Origin: Pseudohongiella sp.
GTDB taxonomy: Bacteria; Pseudomonadota; Gammaproteobacteria; Pseudomonadales; Pseudohongiellaceae
Direction of reading: 5' to 3'
DNA: 64,000 bases
Assembly: GCA_030651695.1 (NCBI GenBank)
Contig: JAUSCD010000005.1
Location: 122,915-186,914, forward strand
The notes below the pieces were generated by a model. That model did not search any database. It was not told where the DNA came from and worked only from the letters and a program-made list of their open reading frames with translations. Positions 27,335-37,563 of this stretch are shown in pieces; the first letter of the stretch is position 1; each line of letters starts with the position of its first letter. A program made the translations under genes and the position numbers.

Positions 27335-28450
27335 ATGGCTCTCAAAACTGATTTTATTCTCCCGTCGATCATAAAACACACTGCCGCGATTGCCGGGCTC
27401 ATTCTGGCATTTCTGCTTGCCGGGATTGTGCCTGCGCATGCGCAGGCGCCGGGCTACCAGAGTTTTCGCACCAACGACGAAGCCAACAATATCGACGTGT
27501 TCAAACGGGCCAGTCCTGCTGTTGTCTATATCACCAACTCGCGCCGAGTCAGGCAGTCGTTTTTTAACCTCAATCCACAGGAAGTGCCACAGGGCACGGG
27601 TTCCGGTTTTGTGTGGGACAACCGTGGTTATATTGTTACCAATTTTCATGTGATCCAGAATGCGTCACGCGTGACAGTAACCCTGCAGGACGGCAGCGCG
27701 TGGGACGCGCGTCTTGTTGGCGTGGAGCCTGACAAGGATCTCGCGGTTTTGCAGATCGACGCACCCGAGACGCAATTGAATCCGCTTGAGCTCGGCGATT
27801 CGTCACTGCTGGAAGTGGGGCGCAAGGTCATTGCCATAGGCAATCCTTTTGGGCTGGACACCACGCTCACGGTAGGTGTGGTAAGCGCACTGGGGCGGGA
27901 AATAAATTCGGTAACCCGCCGTCAGATACGTGACGTTATTCAAACCGACGCTGCCATCAATCCCGGAAACTCTGGAGGCCCGCTGTTGAACTCATTGGGT
28001 CAGTTAATAGGGGTGAACACGGCAATCTACAGCCCCAGCGGCGCCAGCTCGGGTATCGGTTTTGCCATCCCGGTGAATACCGTGAAAAAAATAGTACCGG
28101 AACTGATTCAATATGGTCGGGTGCAAACCCCCACGCTGGGTGTCAGTCTGTTTCCGCCACAGTATGCTGACTATTATCGTCAGCGGTGGGGTATCCAGGG
28201 TGTGGTTGTACTGGATGTCATTGAAGGTGCCAGTCCGCAACGTGAGGGTATGCGTGGACTGACTGAAACCGGTCGGGGTATTGTGCTGGGGGATGTTATT
28301 ATCGAAATTGACGGTGTTGCGGTGCGCAATGAAGATGATTTGCTGACAGTGCTGGAGAATCGTGAGGCAGGTGATGTTGTTGATGTTGTCACTCAGCGTG
28401 ACAACAGACGCCAGCGTTACCGCATAGAGCTGCAGGCAACGCAGCGATGA
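27335..28450 (+). CDS. HtrA/Deg-family serine protease, single PDZ (Deg1/HhoA-like)
   Basis: Signal peptide; GSGFVWD, TNFHV (His), DKDLAV (Asp), GNPFGL, QTDAAINPGNSGGP (Ser); one PDZ (GDVIIEIDG). Confidence 0.92.
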   Translation: MALKTDFILPSIIKHTAAIAGLILAFLLAGIVPAHAQAPGYQSFRTNDEANNIDVFKRASPAVVYITNSRRVRQSFFNLNPQEVPQGTGSGFVWDNRGYIVTNFHVIQNASRVTVTLQDGSAWDARLVGVEPDKDLAVLQIDAPETQLNPLELGDSSLLEVGRKVIAIGNPFGLDTTLTVGVVSALGREINSVTRRQIRDVIQTDAAINPGNSGGPLLNSLGQLIGVNTAIYSPSGASSGIGFAIPVNTVKKIVPELIQYGRVQTPTLGVSLFPPQYADYYRQRWGIQGVVVLDVIEGASPQREGMRGLTETGRGIVLGDVIIEIDGVAVRNEDDLLTVLENREAGDVVDVVTQRDNRRQRYRIELQATQR

Positions 28451-28454
28451 GCCG

Positions 28455-30380
28455 TCATTCTGACAACTCTTCCAGCTCGGTGCTTTTTTCAAGCCAACTT
28501 TCTTCTGCCTGGCCGAGTTCAGCTTTACAGTAACCTTGCTGGCGTAACAGTTCGGTAAGCTCATTACGACGCGGCTCTTCGTAAATGGTCGCGTCGCCCA
28601 GTTTCTCTTCAATGCCGGCCAGTTCTTTACTCAGTTTCTCTATTTTCTGCTCCAGTGTGCGAATCTCGCGCCGTAGAGGGGCCAGTTGTTCGCGCGCAGC
28701 GGCAGCCAGTTTGCGCTGATCTTTTTTATCAATGACAGCAATGGCGGCCGGAGGCTTCTGGCTGCGACTGTCTTTGTTGTCACGATTGCCGCTTGATAAT
28801 GCGGCTTTGGTGCCATCAGGGTCCTGCAGCCAGCGTGCGTAGTCGTCCAGATCTCCATCAAACTCTGTCAATGCGCCACGGTGCACGGTATAAAACTCAT
28901 CCACTGCGTTTGCCATCAGGTGGCGATCGTGTGATACCAGCACCATGGCACCTTCAAAACCTTGCAGTGCTACAGTCAATGCATGACGCATCTCAAGATC
29001 AAGGTGGTTCGTTGGTTCGTCCAACAGCAACAGATTGGGTTTCTGCCAGACAATCAATGCCAGCGCCAGTCGTGATTTTTCACCGCCAGAGAAATTGTGT
29101 ATGGGTTCGGCAATGCGATCGCCCCTGAAATCAAATCCGCCCAGAAAATTTCTGACTTCCTGTTCGCGCACATTGGGATCAAGGCGCTGCATCATCAGCA
29201 TCGGACTGGCTTTCATATCCATCACATCAACCTGATGTTGTGCAAAGTAGCCGATCTTCAGGTGCTTGGAGGAGACCACATCTCCGCTCAGAAATTCGAG
29301 TTCGCCGGCGATGGTTTTCAGCAAAGTAGACTTTCCTGCACCGTTAAAACCTAACAGTCCAACGCGACTATCGCCGTGCAGTTTTAGTGAGGCATTTTTT
29401 AGCAGAGGTTCTTTAAAACCTATTTCCGCCTTTTTTATGCTGAGCAGATCATCAGCAGATTTTTCCGGAGTAAAAAATTCAAAACGGAAGGGCGAGTCGA
29501 TATGTGCCGGCGCGATATCCTGCATGCGTTGCAGCTCTTTCAACCGGCTTTGTGCTTGCCTTGCCTTGCTCGCTTTGGCGCGGAAGCGTCGCACAAAATC
29601 TTCAATCTCGGCTTTGCGTCGCTGCTGTTTCTCGAGCGCGGCCTGTTGTTGCGCCATGCGTTCAGCTCGCTGAATTTCATAGGAAGTGAAATTGCCGCGA
29701 TACATAAACAGATTTTTGTATTCAAAGCTGATGACATGGTCGATCACTTTGTCCAGAAAGCTGCGGTCGTGCGATATCAGCAGGAGAGTGCCGGGGTATC
29801 GAATCAGCCATTGTTCGAGCCAGATTGTTGCTTCCAGATCAAGGTGGTTGGTGGGCTCGTCCAGCAATAGCAGGTCTGAAGGCGCCATCAGGGCGGCGGC
29901 CAGGTTCAGACGAACGCGCCAGCCACCCGAAAAAGCGGATACCGGATTAGCAAAACTGTCGGTGCTGAAACCAAGTCCGGCGAGCAGCTGTTCGGCGCGT
30001 ACAGTGACACTGTAACCATCAATTTTATCGAGTTCGGCATGTAACACAGCAATGGCGTGACCATCATGATCATCCTCAGCTTTTTGTAGTTGCGCCTCGA
30101 TCTTGCGATATCGCTCGTCGCCGTCTATCACATAGTTGAGAGCTGAGCGCTCAGAGCCTGCGGTTTCCTGTTTCATCCAGGCGCAGCGCAGGCTCTCAGG
30201 CATCTGCAGATCGCCGGCATCCAGCGCAACCTGTCCTGTCAGGCAGGCAAACAGACTGGATTTGCCACTGCCATTGCGACCGATAATACCTGTCTTCTGG
30301 CCTTTGTGAATGGTCAGGCTGGAGCTTTCAAGTAAAACATGTTCGCCGCGCATCAAACGGGCATTGTTAAGGCTGATCAT
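28455..30380 (-). CDS. yheS: ABC-F family ATPase, YheS-like
   Basis: Two ABC cassettes (GRNGSGKS/FSGGW/LLLLDEPTNHLD; GFNGAGKS/FSGGEK), no TM segments, C-terminal coiled coil. Confidence 0.9.
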   Translation of the reverse strand: MISLNNARLMRGEHVLLESSSLTIHKGQKTGIIGRNGSGKSSLFACLTGQVALDAGDLQMPESLRCAWMKQETAGSERSALNYVIDGDERYRKIEAQLQKAEDDHDGHAIAVLHAELDKIDGYSVTVRAEQLLAGLGFSTDSFANPVSAFSGGWRVRLNLAAALMAPSDLLLLDEPTNHLDLEATIWLEQWLIRYPGTLLLISHDRSFLDKVIDHVISFEYKNLFMYRGNFTSYEIQRAERMAQQQAALEKQQRRKAEIEDFVRRFRAKASKARQAQSRLKELQRMQDIAPAHIDSPFRFEFFTPEKSADDLLSIKKAEIGFKEPLLKNASLKLHGDSRVGLLGFNGAGKSTLLKTIAGELEFLSGDVVSSKHLKIGYFAQHQVDVMDMKASPMLMMQRLDPNVREQEVRNFLGGFDFRGDRIAEPIHNFSGGEKSRLALALIVWQKPNLLLLDEPTNHLDLEMRHALTVALQGFEGAMVLVSHDRHLMANAVDEFYTVHRGALTEFDGDLDDYARWLQDPDGTKAALSSGNRDNKDSRSQKPPAAIAVIDKKDQRKLAAAAREQLAPLRREIRTLEQKIEKLSKELAGIEEKLGDATIYEEPRRNELTELLRQQGYCKAELGQAEESWLEKSTELEELSE

Positions 30381-30480
30381 GTTGCTTCTACAGGTTTAAT
30401 GGTCAATTCAAGGCGGGCATTATACGCCAGTGTCAGGCACCCGATTGATTTATCTCAGGCAAATTCGTAAACTCAGTCGC

Positions 30481-31182
30481 ATGAAACAAATACTAATAAT
30501 TGATGATGACGAGAAACTGGGCCAGCTGCTAACACAGTATCTGGATCGCTATGACATGAAAGTCACCGTAGCTCATACTCCCAGCAAGGGTTTTGAGTTG
30601 CTCAAACGCTCCAAACCTGACCTGCTGATCCTGGATGTTATGTTGCCGGAAAAAGACGGTTTTGAAATTTGCCGTGAGATTCGTGCCAAATCCTCCGTAT
30701 ATGGTCATTTGCCCATCATGATGCTGACTGCACATGGTGAAGTCACTGATCGTATTGTCGGGCTTGAGCTGGGTGCAGACGATTATCTGCCCAAACCTTT
30801 TGAACCGCGCGAGCTGGTGGCGCGCATTACCAATATTCTGCGCCGGGCCGGAGACGACAACCGGATCGTCAGTGATCTGCCACGAATTGAAGGTCTGGAC
30901 GTTGATACCGCGCGTCGTACTGTGCATCTGGACGGACAGCTGATTGAGCTCACCACTATGGAGTACGAGTTATTGGTACTGTTTATTCAGTCGCCAAATA
31001 AAACTTTTACCCGCGATGAGTTGATGAACCGCCTGCGCGGGATTGATGCTGAGCTGTTCTCGCGCGCGGTGGACACCCTGGTCAGTCGCTTGCGTCACAA
31101 ACTGGATGACACCTCCAAAACTCCTCGCTTTATCAAAACTGTCTGGGGGCGCGGCTACACCTTTGTCGGTCAGTTGCAATGA
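30481..31182 (+). CDS. OmpR-family response regulator
   Basis: Start trimmed to ATG 30481; ILIIDDD, DLLILDVMLP, GADDYLPKPF, winged helix IKTVWGRGY. Confidence 0.93.
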   Translation: MKQILIIDDDEKLGQLLTQYLDRYDMKVTVAHTPSKGFELLKRSKPDLLILDVMLPEKDGFEICREIRAKSSVYGHLPIMMLTAHGEVTDRIVGLELGADDYLPKPFEPRELVARITNILRRAGDDNRIVSDLPRIEGLDVDTARRTVHLDGQLIELTTMEYELLVLFIQSPNKTFTRDELMNRLRGIDAELFSRAVDTLVSRLRHKLDDTSKTPRFIKTVWGRGYTFVGQLQ

Positions 31183-32501
31183 GTGGCCGGTTACAAAGCC
31201 CGTTGCCCAAAGTAGCGGGCTCTTTGTATCTGCGGCTTTTTCTGATCTTCAGCGCTACCGTTATATTGTTTCTGGTTGTTATCTCACTGTCATTGCGACA
31301 GCTTGACCAGAACTGGCGTCGTGAACGTTTAAATCCTCTGCCTGTTTTCTATCTGGATAATGTCAGACTTCTGGTGGACGCAATTGGCATTCCGCCAGAC
31401 CTGCAGCGAGCCGAACAGCTGGCGCGTGATCTGTCTCTCACCATTATTATCCGCAGCCCGCATATCAACTGGCAATCTGATGATCAGTCCGATCTGGATA
31501 TTTCCCAGACTGTTTTTGTGCGCACGCTATCGGATGAGTCACAAATGCTGGCTGCTGGTAATGAGCAGGTGATTCGTGTGGCGCGTGGTGGTTATGAATA
31601 TTACCTTAATCGCAAAGCGCCATCGCTGAGCGACTACGACTACGCCGTTGTGTATATCGGGCTCGGATTTGCGTTTTTTATTCTGTTCTCCAACTATTGG
31701 CTTGTACGCAGGTTGATGGACCCTGTGCGCCGGTTGCGACAAGGCGCTGAAATAATCTGTGCCGGTGACCTGAGTTATCGCGTGGAGGTCACCCGCAATG
31801 ATGAACTGGGAGAATTGACTGAAAGTATCAATCACATGGCTGATTCACTTCAGTCGATGCTGGAAGCCAAGCGCCAGTTGTTACTCGCAATCAGCCATGA
31901 ACTACGTACGCCGGTGACCCGTGCAAAACTGCAACTGGAGTTTATGGAAGACAGCGCGTTGCGCGAGACACTGCGCGACGATATTAATGAAATTGATCTG
32001 CTGATTTCAGATTTGATTGAGGCCGAGCGCCTGAGCACACGCCATGCCTCGCTGATACCGGACGATGTGGATTTTGCGGACTATATCGGCATGTTGTCAG
32101 AGCAGTACCAGAATTATGAAGGCGGATTGATTCTGGAGATGCCGGAAGAAGACCGTGCAATGCAGATTGATAAGCTGCGTATTCGTTTATTACTCGCCAA
32201 TATCGTTAACAATGCCATGAGGCACGGTCACAATAAACCAGTGACAGTGGCAGTGCGTTTTGAGACTGACGAGGCAGTGCTTAGTATTCAGGACCAGGGT
32301 GAAGGTATTACAGAAGAGCATCTGAAACATGTGCGCGAGCCATTCTATCGGGTAGACAGTGCGCGAACACGTCATACAGGTGGTTTTGGTCTGGGCTTGT
32401 ATCTATGCAATCTGATTGCCGAGGCCCATGGCGGCCGAATGGAAATCGGCAGCAAACCCGGGCAAGGTACCCGGGTCAGCGTCTATCTGCCAATCAAATA
32501 A
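31179..32501 (+). CDS. HAMP sensor histidine kinase
   Basis: Two TM helices, HAMP, ISHELRTP, NAMRHG, DQGEGI, GGFGLGL; overlaps the regulator stop. Confidence 0.93.
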   Translation: MSGRLQSPLPKVAGSLYLRLFLIFSATVILFLVVISLSLRQLDQNWRRERLNPLPVFYLDNVRLLVDAIGIPPDLQRAEQLARDLSLTIIIRSPHINWQSDDQSDLDISQTVFVRTLSDESQMLAAGNEQVIRVARGGYEYYLNRKAPSLSDYDYAVVYIGLGFAFFILFSNYWLVRRLMDPVRRLRQGAEIICAGDLSYRVEVTRNDELGELTESINHMADSLQSMLEAKRQLLLAISHELRTPVTRAKLQLEFMEDSALRETLRDDINEIDLLISDLIEAERLSTRHASLIPDDVDFADYIGMLSEQYQNYEGGLILEMPEEDRAMQIDKLRIRLLLANIVNNAMRHGHNKPVTVAVRFETDEAVLSIQDQGEGITEEHLKHVREPFYRVDSARTRHTGGFGLGLYLCNLIAEAHGGRMEIGSKPGQGTRVSVYLPIK

Positions 32502-32521
32502 ATCCCCGTCCGGATCTTTTT

Positions 32522-34480
32522 CTAGCGCACCGCCAGCTTGCGCCGGCGACTTCGTACCCATGCCAGAGTCAGTGCAGCAATAACCAGCAGCGCGGGTATC
32601 AGCGCTGTATTGATGAACTTGAGTCGGGTGCCAAGGCTGTCAATTTCAGCGTTAAGCTGGAACTGGACATTACGTAATGCGCGCCTGGTCTCCAGCTGTT
32701 GTTGCAGGAAACGTTCAATCTCGGCTTCCTGCGCTGCGCTGATAGTCCCGCCATTGTTCTGGTTCAGGGCAGTGAGTTGCTGTTCTGTTTCAGACAATTG
32801 TTGCAGAAGGTTGGTCTCTTCCTGGCGCAGACGTTCGTCAGCAGCACGTTGTAATTCAATAACACGAGTAAATGGTTTGGCATAACGACCGCGGCTGCGG
32901 ATGTTGATCAGCGCAGTGCTGCCGCTCAGGTTGTCCATGGCGTTAATAACAAAGTCGCCATTGCTGGCGAAAGCGTTGATAACGCGTTGACCCATGACTT
33001 GCTGAGACTGGGCCCACATACGATCGGCCAGTACATCGGAGTCGGCAACAATAATCACGCCAATATCGCCAACAGACTCACGCAGATGGTTGTCAGGAAT
33101 AGTCAGCGTCACTTCCGGTTCCGGTGCCGGCGCGAGTTCCACTGCGCCATTGGCAGCATCAGACAGATTTATGACGGGCGCTGCCGCTGGGGCAACAACA
33201 GGCAGTCCATCAGCAAACGCTGATCGTGAACGTCCTGACACCCGTGCAGCCAGAAAGCGACGTTGTTCTTCGGACACAAATTCATCCAATAACAGTGTCG
33301 GGTCACCCATTTCGCTGAAAAACCCTTTGCCCATCAACATGGTTGATGTGCTGGTCTGAATCAGAGGCTCAAAAGTAGTGCTTGCGCCTGAGGCCTGTTG
33401 CAGTACCCCGGCCGAAGACAGGTTCATTACTTCCAGTTGGCCGCTGACAATATCATTGGCAAAGCCATCGCGCGGCACGCCCATCATGCCAATGTGTGCG
33501 ATGGGGCGCTGACCAGGTTGCAATGTTACATACAGAGCGCGCTCCTGATCGGTCACCACCTGTGATGGATCGTAGCTGATGCCCCAGGCTTCAAGTAATC
33601 CCGGCAGGTCAGAGCTCATGTTGTCGCGGAAACCACCACCGCTGACTGCAATCTGAGTCTGAGTGTCAGAGTTGGGATCAACAAAAATCAGGGCGCGACC
33701 CCCACGCATGACAAACTGATCGATGGCATACAGAGTCTGGGTAGGAAGATCCTGTGGATGCACTATCATCAGAATGTCTATGTCTTCATCAATGACTTCA
33801 GCGGTAGTCTGTACCCGTCGTACATCGTACATGTAGCGCACAGTATCCATCACCGCCCAGGCGCGCGTGGGCTGGTTGGTAGCCGGGTTAAAGCCGCCAT
33901 CAATGTCGAGCGAGCTCATCACACCGACAATAGCCGGGTCGGGATCAAGTGTGCGTGTGATCAGGCGAGCGAACTCGTATTCCAGAAACTCTTCCTGATC
34001 CGGGCGCACAAGCGGAATGGTCTGATAAACACCGGCATCGTCTTCCGTGCGCGTAGATGGATCAGAGGCGACCACACCAAAATAGACTGCTTCCCGGCCC
34101 GCAGCCAAAGGCACGGCCTGTATGCCGTACCCGGTTGCCAGATCTTCTTCGTCGGAGAAAGGTGCCGGGTCAACAATCTTCAGACTGAGATTGCCATCGC
34201 TGGCAATCACCATCTCGCGCAGCATTTCCTGCACGCGCAGGCCATAAGCTCGCACCTGAGGCACGCTGGCAACCGAGGCCTCTGAGTAAAAGAAGGTCAT
34301 CTCAACCGGTCGCTCGAGCGAGCTGACGATATCGCGCGTCGCGCCACTGAGTGTATACAGTTTGTCTTGTGTCAGGTCGATGCGCAAACGCGGCATCAGG
34401 CTGATCACAAGCACAACAACCAACAGGCCAACCGCGGTGATGGCGAGGCCGGCATTCGAAAATAATGCTTTGTTGTTCAT
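32522..34480 (-). CDS. GldG-family ABC-associated periplasmic/membrane protein
   Basis: RIDLTQDKLYTLS, EFLEYEFARLI, LYAIDQFVMRGGRAL, NGDFVINAMDNL; N- and C-terminal TM helices. Confidence 0.88.
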   Translation of the reverse strand: MNNKALFSNAGLAITAVGLLVVVLVISLMPRLRIDLTQDKLYTLSGATRDIVSSLERPVEMTFFYSEASVASVPQVRAYGLRVQEMLREMVIASDGNLSLKIVDPAPFSDEEDLATGYGIQAVPLAAGREAVYFGVVASDPSTRTEDDAGVYQTIPLVRPDQEEFLEYEFARLITRTLDPDPAIVGVMSSLDIDGGFNPATNQPTRAWAVMDTVRYMYDVRRVQTTAEVIDEDIDILMIVHPQDLPTQTLYAIDQFVMRGGRALIFVDPNSDTQTQIAVSGGGFRDNMSSDLPGLLEAWGISYDPSQVVTDQERALYVTLQPGQRPIAHIGMMGVPRDGFANDIVSGQLEVMNLSSAGVLQQASGASTTFEPLIQTSTSTMLMGKGFFSEMGDPTLLLDEFVSEEQRRFLAARVSGRSRSAFADGLPVVAPAAAPVINLSDAANGAVELAPAPEPEVTLTIPDNHLRESVGDIGVIIVADSDVLADRMWAQSQQVMGQRVINAFASNGDFVINAMDNLSGSTALINIRSRGRYAKPFTRVIELQRAADERLRQEETNLLQQLSETEQQLTALNQNNGGTISAAQEAEIERFLQQQLETRRALRNVQFQLNAEIDSLGTRLKFINTALIPALLVIAALTLAWVRSRRRKLAVR

Positions 34481-34489
34481 GGCCAGCTC

Positions 34490-35236
34490 CTAGTTCGCTT
34501 TCTTGATTTCAATGACGATGGCAGATGCCAGCAGCCAGGCGGAAATAACGGCGGCAAAAAACAACATGTCGCGGATATCGAGTACACCTTTGCTGATGGC
34601 ATCAAAGTGCGTGAGGAAACTCAGCGCAGCAATCGCATCTGAAAGAATCTGTGGAGCCCAACCGGAAAACGCGTTGAGTACAATCGGAGAGCCTGAGGCA
34701 ACAAACATAAAACAAATTGCCACGGTCAGAATAAACGCGACCACTGCATTTCGGGTGAGCGCCGACATGCATGAACCGATAGCCAGAAAACCACCGGCCA
34801 TCAACCAGCTGCCAATGTATCCGGCCAGAATTACACCGTTATCCGGGCTGCCAAGATAATTCACGGTAAGCCAGATCGGGAAAGTCAGAAGCAGAGCAAT
34901 GCCGCTTAATACCCAGGCCGCGAGGAATTTACCGATCACGGCGTCGCGCAGGCGAATGGGTAGGGTCATCAACAACTCGATGGTGCCGGACTTGCGTTCA
35001 TCCGCCCATAGACCCATCGCCAGTGCGGGAATCATAAAAAGGTAAAGCCAGGGGTGGAAGTTGAAAAACGGCTGCAGATCAGCCTGGCCGCGGATAAAAA
35101 AACCGCCCAGATCAAAAGTAAAAATGCCGTTCATCACCAGAAAAATAACAATAAACACGTAGGCCAGTGGCGTGCTGAAATAAGCTGCCAGTTCGCGGCG
35201 GAAAATAATGGCCGTACTTCCCATAATAGTGCCCAT
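34490..35236 (-). CDS. GldF-like ABC-2 permease
   Basis: RRELAAYFSTPLAYVFI, WADERKSGTIELLMTLP, six TM helices. Confidence 0.9.
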   Translation of the reverse strand: MGTIMGSTAIIFRRELAAYFSTPLAYVFIVIFLVMNGIFTFDLGGFFIRGQADLQPFFNFHPWLYLFMIPALAMGLWADERKSGTIELLMTLPIRLRDAVIGKFLAAWVLSGIALLLTFPIWLTVNYLGSPDNGVILAGYIGSWLMAGGFLAIGSCMSALTRNAVVAFILTVAICFMFVASGSPIVLNAFSGWAPQILSDAIAALSFLTHFDAISKGVLDIRDMLFFAAVISAWLLASAIVIEIKKAN

Positions 35237-35238
35237 GA

Positions 35239-35991
35239 TTACACTGCTCCCTGTTCTGTCACGCTGCGGAAGAAAGCTTCCAGCCGGCCCGGCGCAATCT
35301 GCTGCTCGGTCTGGAAGTCAGCCGGTGCCCGTGCTTCGAGTTCTGCCGGTGTGCCGTCAGCCACAATTTTGCCGCGCGCAATAATGATGGCACGGCTGCA
35401 GACGGCGCTGACTTCTTCCAGAATATGGGTGGAGACAATTACGATTTTGTCTTTCGCCAGATTACGGATGAGTTGTCGTACCTGATGTTTCTGGTTGGGA
35501 TCCAGGCCGTCAGTGGGTTCATCCAGAATCAACACTTTGGGATCGTGCAGAATGGCTTGTGCCAGTCCAACGCGGCGCTTGAAACCTTTGGACAGTGTTT
35601 CGATTGTTTGCAGACTGACGTCATCCAGCCCTACATCGCTGATAACTTTGTTTACCCGATGTTGTTTTTCGTTTCCGCTGAACCCACGTATCTCTGCAAT
35701 GAACTCCAGGAAGTCCCTGACTGTCATATCCGGGTAGCTGGGAGCGCCTTCAGGCAGGTATCCGATGAGAGATTTAGCTGCAATGGGGTCGTGGGCAATG
35801 TCGTGCCCGTCTATGGTCACGCGCCCTGACGTCGGTGCCAGAAAACCGGTGATGATTTTCATGGTGGTCGACTTGCCTGCGCCATTTGGACCAAGGAAGC
35901 CTAATACCTCGCCCTCTGCGACAGTAAAACTCAGGTCGTCGACGGCAGTAAAATGCTCGAATTTACGGGTGATGTGGCTGATTTCAATCAT
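35239..35991 (-). CDS. GldA-like ABC ATP-binding protein
   Basis: GPNGAGKS, LSKGFKRR, LILDEPTDGLDP, VSTH. Confidence 0.92.
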   Translation of the reverse strand: MIEISHITRKFEHFTAVDDLSFTVAEGEVLGFLGPNGAGKSTTMKIITGFLAPTSGRVTIDGHDIAHDPIAAKSLIGYLPEGAPSYPDMTVRDFLEFIAEIRGFSGNEKQHRVNKVISDVGLDDVSLQTIETLSKGFKRRVGLAQAILHDPKVLILDEPTDGLDPNQKHQVRQLIRNLAKDKIVIVSTHILEEVSAVCSRAIIIARGKIVADGTPAELEARAPADFQTEQQIAPGRLEAFFRSVTEQGAV

Positions 35992-36050
35992 ATTCTTGTA
36001 TGCCCTTCTTATGATTCCAGGGTGGAATCAGGGGATTAAGTCGAGGGGCA

Positions 36051-36079
36051 AATATAGGTTGCGCCCGGGTATTTTTCAA
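36051..36079 (-). promoter_or_regulatory. Candidate sigma70 promoter for the GldAFG-like operon
   Basis: Minus strand TTGAAA-N17-TATATT (5/6 and 5/6 of consensus). Confidence 0.55.
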
Positions 36080-36109
36080 CCCGGGCTTTGTCATGATCTG
36101 TAGCAGGAA

Positions 36110-37543
36110 TCAGTCGTCGCTGTCATCCATGTCAGTTTCACCGCCATCGATGTCCAACTCTTTGATCTTTCTTGTTAAAGTGTTGCGCCCCCAGCCCAGC
36201 AGCAAAGCGGCATCACGGCGCCGGCCCAGCGTGTGTTTCAGTGCGACCTGAATCATGGTGCGCTCGAAGTCAGGGGTGGCTTGCTCGAGAATGCCTTTAT
36301 GACCCAGATTCAGTTCCTGATCAGCCCATTCTTCCAGCAGTTGTGTCCAGTCGCGCGCGCTGCTGTTCTGTGCCTGATGCTCCATCAGTTCGGGCGGCAG
36401 ATCATCTACACGCACCTCACGGCTGGAAGCCATGACGGTAATCCAGCGGCAGAAGTTCTCCAGTTGACGCACGTTACCCGGCCAGTTCAGACCAGTAATA
36501 TATTTCTCTGTCTCCGAGCGCAGCACTTTGCACTCAACGTCCAGCTCTTCCGATGCCTTGGCCAGAAAATGACGCGCCAGTCTGGGAATATCTTCGCGGC
36601 GATCACGCAGGCGCGGAATGTGGATACGTATTACGTTCAGACGGTGGAACAGGTCCTCACGAAACAGGTGCTGTGCTACCAGTTTTTCCAGATTCTGGTG
36701 GGTTGCCGCAATAATGCGCACATCAACCTTGATTGGTGTGGTGCCGCCCACGCGATAAAATTCACCGTCCGATAGAACCCGCAACAGCCGGGTCTGAGTG
36801 TCAGCAGGCATATCACCAATTTCATCCAGAAACAGGGTGCCGCCATTGGCCTGTTCAAAGCGCCCTGTGCGGTGCGCAGTGGCGCCGGTGAATGAGCCTT
36901 TTTCGTGACCAAACAGTTCGGATTCGATCAGGTCTTTTGGAATGGCGGCGACGTTCAGCGCAATAAACTGTTTTTCGCGGCGCGGGCTGTGTTTGTGCAG
37001 CGCGTGTGCCACCAGTTCTTTACCGGTACCGGATTCACCATTGATCAGAACCGTGATATTGGACTGGGACAAGCGACCGATGGCCCGGAAAACTTCCTGC
37101 ATGGCCGGGGCTTCACCAATAATTTCTTTGCCGTTTTCCATCACCGGTGAGGGCAGTTCCACATCCTGCTCGCGTGCATGTTCGAGCGCACGTTGCGTCA
37201 TGGCTACCGCTTCATCAATGTCGAACGGTTTTGGCAGATATTCAAATGCGCCACGGCTGTAGGATGAGACCGCGCTGTCCAGATCGGAATGCGCGGTCAT
37301 GATAATGACCGGCAATTGCGGGAAGCGTTCGTGCACAGTAGACAGCAGGTCAAGGCCATTTATGCCAGGCATGCGTATATCACTGATGATGGCGTCAGGT
37401 CGTTCTTTTTCAAGGCGATGTAACAAGTCATCACCATTATCGAAACTTTGTGTATGTAGACCGGAGCGGCTCAGCGATTTTTCGAGCACCCAGCGAATGG
37501 ACTTGTCGTCATCAAGAACCCAGACAGTGTTGTGTTTGTTCAT
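36110..37543 (-). CDS. ntrC: Nitrogen regulation response regulator NtrC
   Basis: [52 protein letters not shown]. Confidence 0.97.
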   Translation of the reverse strand: MNKHNTVWVLDDDKSIRWVLEKSLSRSGLHTQSFDNGDDLLHRLEKERPDAIISDIRMPGINGLDLLSTVHERFPQLPVIIMTAHSDLDSAVSSYSRGAFEYLPKPFDIDEAVAMTQRALEHAREQDVELPSPVMENGKEIIGEAPAMQEVFRAIGRLSQSNITVLINGESGTGKELVAHALHKHSPRREKQFIALNVAAIPKDLIESELFGHEKGSFTGATAHRTGRFEQANGGTLFLDEIGDMPADTQTRLLRVLSDGEFYRVGGTTPIKVDVRIIAATHQNLEKLVAQHLFREDLFHRLNVIRIHIPRLRDRREDIPRLARHFLAKASEELDVECKVLRSETEKYITGLNWPGNVRQLENFCRWITVMASSREVRVDDLPPELMEHQAQNSSARDWTQLLEEWADQELNLGHKGILEQATPDFERTMIQVALKHTLGRRRDAALLLGWGRNTLTRKIKELDIDGGETDMDDSDD

Positions 37544-37563
37544 GGTAGCTATCCTTGTTAAAC

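Noticed and set aside
28451-28454. Convergent htrA and yheS stops only 4 bp apart with no terminator
   Set aside because: Tight convergent packing is common and gives no evidence of antisense regulation by itself.
36880-36910. NtrC has GSFTGA instead of GAFTGA
   Set aside because: A common tolerated variant among sigma54 activators, and the glnA sigma54 promoter and enhancer are intact.
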